Positions 1 to 11,572 of a DNA stretch of 64,000 bases are shown piece after piece. This DNA is from Callorhinchus milii. Lineage: Eukaryota. Both the position numbers and the translations under genes were made by a program. The DNA lies in contig NW_024704742.1 in the NCBI RefSeq assembly GCF_018977255.1, positions 5,024,001 through 5,088,000 on the forward strand, in the 5' to 3' direction. Under the pieces are notes generated by a model. That model was not told the DNA's origin. It made no database searches and saw nothing but the letters and a program-made list of their open reading frames with translations. Numbering within the stretch: the first letter of the stretch is position 1; each line of letters begins with the position of its first letter.

Positions 1-122
1 CCCTGTTGGTTTTCTTCTGGTGGGGGAAGAGAGGATGACATGGGTAAACCATTCGTTGGACTGAGGAGACATAGAGTACCTGGCAAAACCAATCAAGTCT
101 GTAGTAATGCAAGGCAACCTTG

Positions 123-161
123 GGGGGGTGGGGTGGGTGGGGGGGGGGGGGGGGGGGGGGA
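123..161. repeat. Poly-G tract
   Basis: G run with a few T interruptions. Confidence 0.9.
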
Positions 162-214
162 GTCCTCGCAAGCAACACGCACGCAATCTCGCACGCACCA
201 ACATGCATTTATAC

Positions 215-420
215 ATCATCCGGGATAGCGTCCAAGAGCGCTTTACGGTGGCACGGTTTGAAGCAGGACTGGGTAGAAACAGTCGAAGAGAAAAGTCTTC
301 AGGTGCGATCTGAAGGTGGGCCAAGAGGGGCGAGGTGGAGGGATTGACGCATTGAGTTCCAGAGGTTCAGGACATAGTGGCTGAAAGCATGGCTGCAGAT
401 GGTGAAGCAGTGTGGTTGAG
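215..420 (-). mobile_element. Degenerate L2 LINE 3' fragment
   Basis: Reverse complement resembles the other L2 3' ends here (GCTTTCAGCCAC...CTCTGGAACTC...CCTTCA...AAGAC). Confidence 0.6.
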
Positions 421-1907
421 GGACTCGCAAAACTTCCAAACACATTTCCTGAATCCTGCAAGTCAACGCCCTAATGGGCTCATAAAAGAACTAGCTGAAC
501 CGGAGCAGCTTCCAATTTTTATAGGGCCAAGATACTGTGAGATTTGGCCGCTTTCTCTAACCCAGGAAACCTAGGCTTAGAGACTCGAAAATCGCCAATT
601 GCCCAAGCACCAGCCTCGCTGAGATTTGGTAACTCAGCACAGACCATTCATCAGATCTAGGAACTTCCTGCGCCTGAAAGAATCACAGAAATACAGCGCA
701 TTTGTTTAGCATTCAGCTTAGAATAACTGCTATAAAGGCAATACAATACAATTTACATTTATGAAGCACCGTTCACGACAAGAGGACTGGATCTCTAACA
801 CGCAAATACTTCTCATCACTCCAAATTTTGCAGAATCCTACAGATGCCCTGCAAATTAATTAAACTTGCAATGGTCATGTGAATTATTAATTCTACATTG
901 AGAAAATGGTTACAATCACTGTCCAGGCTAAAAAAGCCACCAAAATAAAGAAAGCATATCCTAAAAATCAACTGTATCTTGTGGGCGGATAAACACGATT
1001 GATTTCGAACCGTGGATCTCATTTCAAGGTTTGAATGAGATTAAAATTTGCTTTGCGTTTCACTCGATTGAAGAAACCAAAGTGTACTACATATCTCCAT
1101 CAGAATTCTGCCCTGCAATCCTCCTCCTTTTTTAAAAAAAACACTCTGCGGGGAACCAGTTAATCGTTTGTGGTAATCCACCTGCTCCCAATTTGTGTTC
1201 AAGGTTTTTAAAATTAAATTATTTTGATTTTGTGCCAATTCAAAATGTCATCATACTAATCTCTTCACAGCGTCTCATTAATCCCATGCTAGGATGTTAG
1301 CAAAAAAAAAGGGGCAGTGCCGTCTTTTGTGAATAGAATTAAAGCAATTTTGCATGCGTAGAACACGAGCGGTTTACAGGGAATAAATAACATATGGCCA
1401 TTATATCTCACTTGCATCTACACCACCCCAAATCCCTGTGGCTGACCTTCAGCAGGCTGCTTCCTCTTATCTATCAGTGTCTGACACCAATCTTATCAAT
1501 CTGAGCCCCTCAGCTAAAACTACTGCTTTGCAATCGTTCCCCGGTAACCATTATTCTGTATAAATCATGCGATAGAACTACAAACTAATTCCTTTATACT
1601 CGCCTGTGAATCACATAGCGTGCAATAATGACCTCACAATACTCTGTCTTCAAGCTGACATCAGGATAGCTTCACATTACTGAGACTATATCATGAAAAT
1701 TTAACTATCAGTAAAATTCTAGGAAAAAAAGAATTTATTACGAGTGCAACATCATCACACTGTGTAATGCGAACAAAACGCTGTTAGAATCTAAAGGTAT
1801 CTTTCAAAGCATCCCGATCGAACTAAGTCTGATAGTTTAGAAAGCGTTTGATAATGATGAGTAATGGATTAGGGAACTGAGCTGAAAAAGTGTGTTTAAA
1901 TACTCAC

Positions 1908-2158
1908 CCGGCTAGAATGCAAGAAGTGTTGGCGTGGAATTATTAAACTGTACTCCAGGTGACAACTGCTATTTCTGTGCTTGCTCAAGATGTCTTCTGC
2001 CGTTAACGATTTAGGCATTTATAAAACATTAGATGCCGATTACCGAAGACCAGAAATGACTTTGCTGAAATACCATTCCTGCAATTCGGCACAGCTCACC
2101 AACAACGATTTACGATCATACAATACAAAGACTTGCATTTAGATTCACAGGTCTCAAA
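1908..2158 (-). other. Candidate internal exon (5' UTR or first coding exon) of an unidentified minus-strand gene
   Basis: Strong acceptor cccttttctctcttctag|T and donor CGG|gtgagt. Contains several ATGs, one (2018) open to the donor: MPKSLTAEDILSKHRNSSCHLEYSLIIPRQHFLHSSR; not recognised. Confidence 0.5.
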
Positions 2159-2320
2159 CTAGAAGAGAGAAAAGGGTGGCAAATATCAATGTCGTGTCCC
2201 AGTACGGCGTGTGTTTGTTTTAAGCAGAAAGTCCTGGTTTCCCCTCTGCCCCCGGTGTCACAAGGAATGAGAACAAAGTGAGCAAAGCCACAGAGAATAA
2301 TGGTTTGAAACAGACCGCGG

Positions 2321-2330
2321 GTGACGTCAC
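2321..2330. promoter_or_regulatory. Palindromic CRE site GTGACGTCAC
   Basis: Full TGACGTCA consensus in a locally CpG-retaining context; function untested. Confidence 0.3.
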
Positions 2331-3337
2331 AAGGCTGATTGTTACACGAATTCTAACAATATCTGCAGCTGTCCGAGCAAAACTCAACGGAAACAATATC
2401 CGTTGCTGTCAGATCAGAATTTGATACGGAAAAATTGGCAAATCAATTTTTTTGTTGTTGTTGTTGTCGGGGCAAAACCCAATGCCAATACGTTGGCTTC
2501 GAAAAAGAGTTTTCGCACATGACTACCTTGTGGATCAAAGCGGAATGCAGTATATCATTAAAATATACACAAGAGAACATCGTCGGTTTGGTCTGTGCTG
2601 ATCTAGATTTTCAACTAGTTCAGTTTAGGGTACATCTTTTGGCTTTGTATTTTATCTGGGCTATAGGGAAGAGGAAAGAAAGGTGGTGGTGGGGGGGGAG
2701 CCAGGATTCCTGCCCCATCCAGAAACTTGTACTGGAACATGTTCAAGTGTAAATTTGATGTGCTGAGTTGCTAGTTCCTCCCCTCACCCCCAACAGTTCA
2801 ATAGCCTTCTCACAATCAGTCTGAGCTCCCAAGTGAAAAATGGCGCCTTGAGTGTGCTTCGGGTACTCAGCACAAGTCAGCACGTTCAGAAGACCGCACT
2901 GCTGAGGGGGGAAAAATTGGTCCAAAAAGGATAGCTTGGCAATAGTTCTGTTACTAGACTCTTCCAAAGCACCCGAGCATGAAAAAAAACATTTTTCCGA
3001 AGGCTCAGTGGATAAATGTAGGTTATTTTATCTTTACCTGACCAATAAAGACCCAAATTCAATCCTCGGTTTGTGCGGTAGCTAATGTTATTGGTGGGCG
3101 TGAGAACAGTCAATTGACCGCAGCGCTGAGTATTCGAAAACACTCACTGGTTAGATTTTTGGACAAGGTACTGAGGACCTGTTGTTCTTGTGGAACTGTT
3201 GGGTCAACAAGCGTTGACTACTTTAGTCAAGTGTTGAGGCTTCAAGAGAAGGCTTCTTTCAATGACAGATGCAAGTAAGCGGAATAGGGATCCCAATAAA
3301 CCGAAGCTCTGAACTACAGGGCGTAAGGTTGCGTACC

Positions 3338-3480
3338 AATAATAATAATACTTGCATTTGATATAGCGCCCTATCATGTCTTCAAGGCGTCTCAAAGCAC
3401 TTCACAGTACTGTAAAGTGAATCAACTATATATTTTGTGGGCGAAAGACAAAGAGTCGTGGATTGAGTGACCAAATTATT
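3338..3480 (-). mobile_element. SINE 3' fragment
   Basis: TTGCATTTGATATAGCGCC...CTTCACAG...GTAAAGTGAAT matches the SINE tail seen in many copies. Confidence 0.85.
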
Positions 3481-3582
3481 ATTCTTGTTTTACAACAATA
3501 AATTATTATTCTTGTTTTACAACAATAAATTATTATTATTATTGTTTTACAACGATAAATTATTATTATTGTTTTACAACAA
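3475..3582. repeat. ~27-bp tandem repeat (AAATTATTATTCTTGTTTTACAACAAT) x4
   Basis: Four near-identical adjacent units. Confidence 0.9.
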
Positions 3583-4699
3583 TAGCGTCCTTCATGCAGG
3601 GTAGCGTCCCGGAGCACTTTACATTTATTTAACTTCTTTCACTTAACACTACAATTGGCAAATAAAACTATACCTATTTCTGTGGTATGTACCAGACTGC
3701 CTTGGTCCCAATGAATTATCCTCTGAACAAAATCCTATACAAAATTTGGTTTTAACTTCATCATTGAAAAGAAGAAAGGAATAAATTTAAGGTTTCATTT
3801 TGACCCAATTTACCCACACAAAATGCAATCTGAGCACATGACTGACAGAAAATGATCTGAGAAAAATCACCTGCCAGAAACCTGCACAAATCTGCATCCG
3901 TGTGAATGAAGTGAGTGCATGACTGGTAATGAATTTCAATGAATCACAAGAGAAAACCCTACAATCTGCTCTACAGGTTTACAACTAGAAATGCATTGAC
4001 ATTCCAATGCATAAAGTATGATGTGATACTTTGATAAATCACTTTCAATTTCATATAATACAATGAATTTCATATGATACAACTGAAGCCTTACTTACTA
4101 CGGGTCAGTTTGCACAAGATTTCTGGGAAGAGAAAACGCAAACTAAATGCACAATTCAGGCTTCTTATTTATTTTTTTAAAAAACAAATGAGAAATAAAG
4201 CAAATTAGCCACTTCCCATCTTTCCAATTCCCCCAAAGAAACTTTGTGAAGGACTTTGACGTTCAACACTATATCAAATGCAAGGATTATTGTAACTTTC
4301 TGTACAGGATGTGACAGACACAATTGCATTACAATGCTGAAGGATAAATATTCCACTATTATTCATTGTGTAAACTGTCAAATTAAGGGAGCAATGAGAA
4401 GAATTACTTCCTTCCGCCACTATCATGAGTCACATTTTCCTGATGTGTAAACCATAATGGATAGTCCCATAATATTGACAGTAGATTCTTTATGTTATAA
4501 GTACAAGATTGGATTTTTCTTTCGTTCACCAATTTTCTGCTCATTTCCTTAAAGGCGATTTGGCCTTTTTCCATCCGGTGAGGTAATACTGCACAGGTGC
4601 CCCTAACCTCGCTGACATGTTAAGGCTACTGGAAGATGAATCGCACTCTTCGAAAGGGTCTGAAGGCAAACTCCTTCGGTTTGGATTTTCAAATCCCTT

Positions 4700-5030
4700 C
4701 AATCCCTGGCACCTCCCTCCCTATACGATCTGCTTACTCCCTACTCCACCCGCTGCCTCCGCTCGGCCGGCTCTGGCCTCCTGCTTGTCCATCGAAGCCT
4801 CTGCTCCATCGTCGGTGGCCGTGTCTTCAGCCACTATGCCCGAAACTCTGGAATTCTCTTCATCAATTCCTCCGCCTTGCCCGCTCCGCCCCACACCCCA
4901 CGTTCAAAATCCCACCTAATGACCTTCCTTTTTGATCCTCCTTACGGTCACCTCTCCTGGGATCAGACTCCGCCACAAGCGCTCCGGGACTCTACCCCGT
5001 GTGAAAGGCCCTACATGAAAACACACTACA
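4700..5030 (+). mobile_element. Degenerate L2 3' fragment
   Basis: CTTCAATCCCTGGCACCTCCCTCCCTAT...TCTTCAGCCAC...CTCTGGAATTC...GTGAAAGGCCCTA, homologous to other L2 copies. Confidence 0.65.
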
Positions 5031-5529
5031 GGAGCAACTCAACCCTTTTGACTTGGATGGATATATTTCTTATTTCAGAGCCCCTTTTGTCAGGAAGAAA
5101 TGAAGCATCACAGTAAAACAGAAATACGGTACGTGAACGTTAAATAACCCCCCTTTTTTCCAGCTCAGATTTGTAGTACTTCGTTTCAGCAAACGACCGA
5201 GGTGTAGTCTTCTTGAAAAGTTTTCTCCCCAGGCTATTTAATAAGCCTCCAAAATCCGTTTAAGTAGCAGCACAGTGCATTGCTTTCCAGGCCAAACTCA
5301 TTGCCTGTATTATATATTATTATTATATATTTGTCTCCAGAGGGACTTGGTAATGTAGAAAGGGCAACACTGAACCTGAATTTGAGTCAGGTCAGCTGTT
5401 TGCTTAAAGAAAAGCCACATCTTCAGAGCTGATTGCCAGAATACCGGTTTAAACCAACATTTTTTATGAGTTGTATTTATCAATTTGTGCATTGGAAGTG
5501 CATCTTTGAGTAAACGTCAGCATGTCAGG

Positions 5530-5960
5530 CAACAACAACAAATTACACTCGTATAGCGCCCTTCACGTCGGAAAGACGTCCCCGGGCACTGGGCAACCAG
5601 GGGTTTTGGACCCGAGCTGGGAGTTGGGGGTCAGAAGGGGAGGAGGGTGGGGGTGGGAGGGTGTCCAAAGGCACGATCAAAGAGGAAGGTCTTCAGATGA
5701 GACTTGAAGGAGCCAAGAGAGGGGAGTGGGTCGAAGGGATTGCGGGATAGAGTTCCAGAACGTGCGGGCAGAGATGCTGAATGCCCGACCGCCATTGGTG
5801 GGGCGGGAAGTGCGGGGGACCTGAAGCAGGCCGGTGTCCGCCGAGCGGAGGGTGCGGACAGGCTGATATGGGGTTATGAGGTCGGAGAGTTAGGGGGGAG
5901 CAAGACCATGGGGGGCCTTGAAGGTAAGAACGAGGGTTTTGTACTCGATTCTCTGAGGAA
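5530..5960 (-). mobile_element. L2 3' fragment with (TTG)n tail
   Basis: Reverse complement of the L2 3' end including GACGTGAAGGGCGCTATA and the TTGTTG tail. Confidence 0.85.
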
Positions 5961-7039
5961 TTACATGTTAGATGTTGACATTAATTTTATCGAAGAGGAA
6001 ATAATGAAAACCAATTATTCATTCCCAGAGAGGAATTGCGATTATTTTAAATCTAGACTGCTGACACATTTTCATGCAGAAAGTAGAGCACATAGGAGCC
6101 CTCCAAGCATTTGCAAGACTTAACGTTAAGGTAAAGAAATGTCTGGCAAGGAATTCTCTGAGAGGCTGAGGCAGACCCATGGTACCCAATTTGTTACTGG
6201 ATAAGATTTTAAATGGGAGAAAAGGTTTCAAGATAATCATTTGCTGAAGGTATCTCAACCAAGACAAGTATTGGTCGATGCTCAAATATAAGAACAAACA
6301 GAACTCCAATCCAAGACTTGCTGATCACTGGTCTCTATTCCTTATAGGCATTCGTCTCCATCACTTGAATTATTTTGTTAAGTTTCCTGTCATCTTCCAG
6401 ACTCTGATTGCCTGGGTTAAGTTTTTCTATTTTCCTCAAGAAGTGCGCATTCTGAAGTGTGAAATATTAGATACCACGGAGACAGCCAGTCTCCAGATCA
6501 GGCTCCGCAAAGGTGGGGGAGAGGAAGAGGAGGAAAAAGGAAAATTAGCCTTTTCTTTGATGTGGATCCAGTCAGAACTGCCAGAATGTTTTTTTTAAAA
6601 GAAATCTTCCTCGTGTTAACCTAAAGCATAGTTTTGGTTAAGATACTAGAAGGTGCCAAGTATTTGTGAACCTGTACCCTAACAAAACGAAAAAAAGGGA
6701 GAACCTTTTTCAGTAAAAAATGTTCTCAGTCTTCCAGGGCACTGCTGATAGCAGCCCTGTCGGCCTGGCTCATCGGCAGGACTTGGGAGGGCAGACCAGT
6801 CACTGTGTGTAGGGTTTCTTCCTATTCCGCTCCTGTTAACCTTGCAATCCAAAGCCCTAACGGCCAGGGTGTTTCTGCATTAGCAGGAAAGCTTGCTTTC
6901 CTTGAAAGTGCTTTCAATGGCAAGTTGTGCTGGTTTAGTTGGTTGGACTCCAGCTGTACCCCAACGTATATGCTGCACCAGCGCCTAAGCACAAAACATC
7001 CAGGACTCTGCAGCTCGTGTCCTCTCCCACACCCGGCTA

Positions 7040-7520
7040 CATGACCCCATCGCCCCCACCCTCGCCCCGCGCCAGTGGCTCCCCATTCCCCAGAGGATAG
7101 AGTTCAACATCCTTGTCCTCGCCTTCAGTGCCCTCCACGGCCTTGCCCCCTCCTACCTCTGTGACCTGCTAACCCCTTAATCAACCTGTCCGCTCCCTCC
7201 GCTCAACAGGTTCCGGCCTGCTCCACATCCCCCGCCCGGCCCCCCCCCCCCACCCCAGCCATCAGCGGACTGGCCTTCAGCCTCTCTGCCCCCACCCTAT
7301 GGAACTCCATCCCACATTCCCTCCGCCTCACTCCCTCCCTCCCTCCCTCGCCTCCTTCAAGGCACATCTCAAGACCGTCCTCTTCAACTGTGCTTTTAGC
7401 CGCCTTCTACCCTCCCTTATCCCAACCCACACCCCACTGTGGGGGCCCAAAGCCCTGACGCTGATTGTCCAGCGCCTTGGGATGTCCTCCCGCCATGAAA
7501 GGCGCTATACAAATGTAATT
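7040..7520 (+). mobile_element. L2 3' fragment (ORF2 C-terminus and 3' UTR)
   Basis: WLPIPQRIEFNILVLAFSALHGLAP motif typical of the L2 ORF2 end; tail GAAAGGCGCTATACAAATGTAATT. Confidence 0.85.
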
Positions 7521-9062
7521 CCTGTCTCCCTCAGTAATGCTGCAGTATACATTATTTCTCACCAGTGGCACACATCTATCCGCACCAAAATGTAGTATGA
7601 AGTACCGATCCCATTTCAAATCGCCAGCACGACACCAACTCCAAGACTTCAGAACACTTTTCTTTCGTTCACAGTAGCCCCAGTTGGGGCAATTCTGGTT
7701 GCTGGGAAGCCTAACTTTTATTTACATTTTTCCGCACTATAATCTGAACTGTCAGGACTATATTCTGAACTGTCAACTCAATTTTGATTGCACTAGTCAC
7801 TGGCAGCAACTTTCCAGTACGTCACTTATTTGACTATTCCACGTGTGCGAAACTTGAATGTTGTCATTTGACTACTGCAAGTCAGGGATGACAATGCCAA
7901 GCCAGGATTATTAAGGTCTTGAAACGTCCTCCCGACATGAAATGTATATAAACGTAACACAATATAAATGCTAAAATATATTACACTCTATATGAACGTA
8001 AATTTGTATTGCATTCTACGTGTGAAACTTGAATATTGAGCAGATAGTTTGAGCATCAAATTTTGCTCTAAAGGTCCCTTCAATTTTTCCTTTCTCTGCG
8101 TCTGATTTTGAAAATTTCCAGTAATCATAAATGCAGAGGTATCTTCAGCCAATATTCCATTGTCATACAATAACTACTACTGATTTTTGGAGACGTTGTT
8201 GGTGGCACATCGCTTGTTTGAGAAAGCCTCAAAAGGGAATCTAAGCAGAGATTATCTCCAGTAATTGTACATCGCTTACCTCACACCTATCCCGGGAAAT
8301 ACATTACAGCAAACCAGATTAAGTAGTATCAGTTAGCACCATTCATTTAATATGATTTGTGCAAAGTATGAGTTATGTCAAACTTGAATAAAATATAAAC
8401 TCTTCAACGGGACTTGGGACAGATATACAACTTAGGCAATTATACGATTGATACAGATCAGACTTGTGTGAGTTTTACTGTACATTGTTCAGTTGTTTTA
8501 ATTGAGGAATCCCAATGGAAATTGGGGCAGATTGGACCCGTACTACAAAATCATCACAGCCAAAGTTCAATCCTGCCCTCACCATCTCTCCCTCCATCAC
8601 CCCATCATCCATACAAGCACATGCTGACTCCAGACCAGACACTGCCCCACCCCTCCTTCCAACCTGACATTGAGAATAACGTAATTTTCTCGCTGCCTTC
8701 CATGTTCCAATTAATTAATGCAGCACAAGATTGTCCTCGTCTGCGTGGCCAACCGGTGCATTTACTCACTCAGCTATTGCGGCTTTATTTTCTCAGCCTC
8801 CCCATCCTGACACAGCATTTTCTATTGATCCTTCCATCAGCGCTTTTCAAGTCCACAGAATAAGGGCATCAGTGAAAGTGGTTGGTAAATCATTTTCGAC
8901 ACGCAGCATCGTACACAAAATGATTAACCCTTTCGGATGCTAACTTATCTACCGTGGAAACGATCAATTCGCACATGTAACCCACCCACGCAAACACACA
9001 CACACATATACACACATATATACACACGCACAGCAACGCGTGCAGGTGGGGAAAAAAAACAT

Positions 9063-9170
9063 TTCGCCCGCAAAACACACAGTCGATTCACTTTACAGTA
9101 TATTCCGTGAAGCGCTTTGCGACGTCTCGAAGACGTGACACGTCGCTGTTATCAGACGCTAGGATTATTA
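9063..9170 (+). mobile_element. SINE 3' fragment
   Basis: TTCGCCC...TTCACTTTACAGTATATTCCGTGAAGCGCTTTG...GGATTATTAT. Confidence 0.85.
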
Positions 9171-9849
9171 TCACAAAATTGCTTTCCATCCATTTGCAAC
9201 GTAAAAAGGAACGTTCACGGTCAGTCTACGTGCAATCCACACGGCAGCAGCATCCCGAGTGATGTGCTCAAGTCCTTCAAGACAACAACAACAACACCAC
9301 CGCCTCGCATTATCTATCTTATAAGCTACCTTCGGAGTGCGGTAGGATCCTGGAGTGCTTTACCCTTTGGCGGACGGAGCCTGACACTGAGCCACGGGGG
9401 GGGGGTTAAATCAATGAATTAGCAACCCAACAAGCGCTCATCATCAGAAAAAGCCGCACCCGGATCAAAACGTGTCCGCATACCAAATCCCCGCCAACCT
9501 AACCGGGTCGGTGTGACCGAAACGAAACAGAATAGCTCGCGGAGGACCCTGTGACTCATTTCTTTTTTTTTAAAAAAAATTAACAATATTTCTCTCTCAC
9601 CCTCTCTCCCTCTCTCTCTCAATGCCAATGAACCAAATGACCCATCCCTTTGCCAGTCAGTCACACTGTGTGGTGGTCTCACCCCCACCCCCACCACTAC
9701 CACCACCCACACACACACACACACACACTCAGCTCAGGAAGTTTGTGAGAATAAGAAGTGGAAAGAAAGAGGAGAGAGAGAGAGAGAGTCCTACCAGCAG
9801 CAGTCAGGGGCTCCTTGGGCTGTGAAATGGACTGTGGACTCCTAGGCCA

Positions 9850-10221
9850 GGGAGGGGGAGAGAGGGAGGGGGGGGAGGAGGGGGAGAGAGGGGGAGGGAG
9901 GGAGAGGGGGGGAGAGAGGGGGAGGGGAGAGGGGGAGGAGGGAGGGAGGGGAGAGGGGGGAGGGGGGAGAGAGGGGGAGGGAGGGGGGGGAGGGGGGGAG
10001 AGAGGGGGGAGAGGGGGAGAGAGGGGGGGAGGGGGAAGAGGGGGAGAGAGGGGGGGGAGGGGGGAGAGAGGGGGGGGAGGGGGAGAGAGGGGGGGAGAGA
10101 GGGGGGAGGGAGAGAGGGGGGAGGGGGGAGAGAGGGGGGGAGGGGGGAGAGAGGGGGAGGGAGGGGGGGAGAGAGAGAGGGAGGGAGAGAGGGGGGGAGT
10201 AGAGGGGGGAGGGAGAGGGAG
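9850..10221. repeat. ~370-bp polypurine (G/A) tract
   Basis: Almost only G and A, with repeated G4-G8 runs. Confidence 0.95.
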
Positions 10222-10325
10222 GTTTGTCTCCTTTACAGGGTGTTTCACACCGACTGCAGACACCAGTCCAGCAACAGCCACAGGACTCCGGGTCTCCTCT
10301 CGGCCACTTCTCCACTGGGGCTCTC

Positions 10326-10685
10326 ACACACACACACACACACAGAGTGAGGGAGAGAGAGAGAGAGAGACCCGGACAGCGTCAGGAAATAGAGAGAGTG
10401 TATGTGAGAGCGACAATTAAAGACAGTGACAGTGTCAGAACTGCAGAGTGTGTCACACACAGTGAGACACAGAGAGACACAGAGAGACACAGAGACACAC
10501 ACAGAGAGACAGAGACACACAGAGAGACACACAGAGAGACACAGAGAGAGACACAGAGAGAGACACACACACACACAGAGACAGAGACAGGAAGAGGGAG
10601 AGAAGGTGTCAGATATGAACCAGACGGCAGCAGAGAAACCAGAGAGACAGAGAGAGAGTCAGAGACACACACACACACACACACA
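10326..10685. repeat. Compound (AC)n/(GA)n/(GAGACACA)n microsatellites
   Basis: Directly visible, interspersed with short unique spacers. Confidence 0.9.
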
Positions 10686-10920
10686 GTGCGGTGGAGCCCC
10701 GGTGGACAGGGAGTGAAGGGGCCGCAGGATGTGCAGTATGGCCGACCCTGTGTGGGTGTGTGTCGGGTCGGGCCGCCGGGGGGGGGGCTGGGGGTGGCCG
10801 CCGGGGGGGCCGGGGGCCGGGGGGGGGAGGCTCGGGGTCGGGGCCGCTGTCTCTCGGCCTCTCGAGGCCCCGCGCCGATCGTTTGTTTTCAAACCGGCGG
10901 CCGGTGCGGCGCTGCGGGTC

Positions 10921-11180
10921 GGGGGGGCGGGGCTGAGGGCAGGGGGCGGGGCTGAGGGCAGGGGGGCGGGGCTGAGGGCAGGGGGGGGGCTGAGGGCAGG
11001 GGGGCGGGGCTGAGGGCGGGGGGGGCGGGGCTGAGGGCAGGGGGCGGGGCTGAGGGCAGGGGGGGGGCTGAGGGCAGGGGGGGGGGGCTGAGGGCAGGGG
11101 GGGGGCGGGGCTGAGGGCAGGGTGGGGGCGGGGAGGGGCGGGCTGAGGGCAGGGTGGGGGGCGGGGCTGAGGGTAGGGGG
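10921..11180 (+). repeat. G-rich minisatellite, ~12 units of GGGG(C)GGGGCTGAGGGCA
   Basis: CTGAGGG recurs about every 18-22 bp; an inverted unit follows at ~11190-11209. Confidence 0.9.
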
Positions 11181-11399
11181 CGGTGCCTCTGCCCTGAGCC
11201 CCGCCCCCTCCATGACCCATGCAGTGAGGTGTGGTCTGAGCCAACAACAACAACAACAACAGCAACTTGCATGTGTACAGCCCCCCTGCACTGGGGGGGG
11301 GGGGAGGGGGAGAGAGAGCGCCTCCCCCCCCCCGAGAAACAGCTGACCTCACGTGAGCGTCCCGCCCCAGCCTCCCCCTCCCCCTCCGGGTGGGGGTCA

Positions 11400-11572
11400 A
11401 AAATAATAATAATAAAAAAAATAATAATAATAATAAAAATAACAATCCGTGACCGTTTGCAGGACGTCGTTGGGCGTAATCGGCTGCCGCCTCCGGCCCA
11501 CGAAAATACGCAGTCGCTCCTGCGCTTCACGACGTATCCTGCGAAGCGCTTCGGGACGTCCCGGAGACGCCC
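11400..11572 (+). mobile_element. GC-shifted SINE 3' fragment
   Basis: AATCCGTGACCGTTTGCAGGACG...CGGCTGCCGC...GCGAAGCGCTTCGGGACGTC aligns to the SINE consensus with many T-to-C and A-to-G changes. Confidence 0.75.

Noticed and set aside
430..3140. Short shared motif (AACTCAGCAC) at ~630, ~2760 (reverse) and a variant at ~13395, hinting at an old DNA element
   Set aside because: Similarity too short to define boundaries or family by eye.
3475..3582. Regularly spaced repeats suggestive of a CRISPR array (also 10921-11180)
   Set aside because: No unique spacers, no cas genes, vertebrate context.
9795..9841. One frame reads AQGAPDCC, reminiscent of a CC chemokine N-terminus
   Set aside because: No signal-peptide exon or downstream cysteine-bearing exons found; exon structure does not fit.
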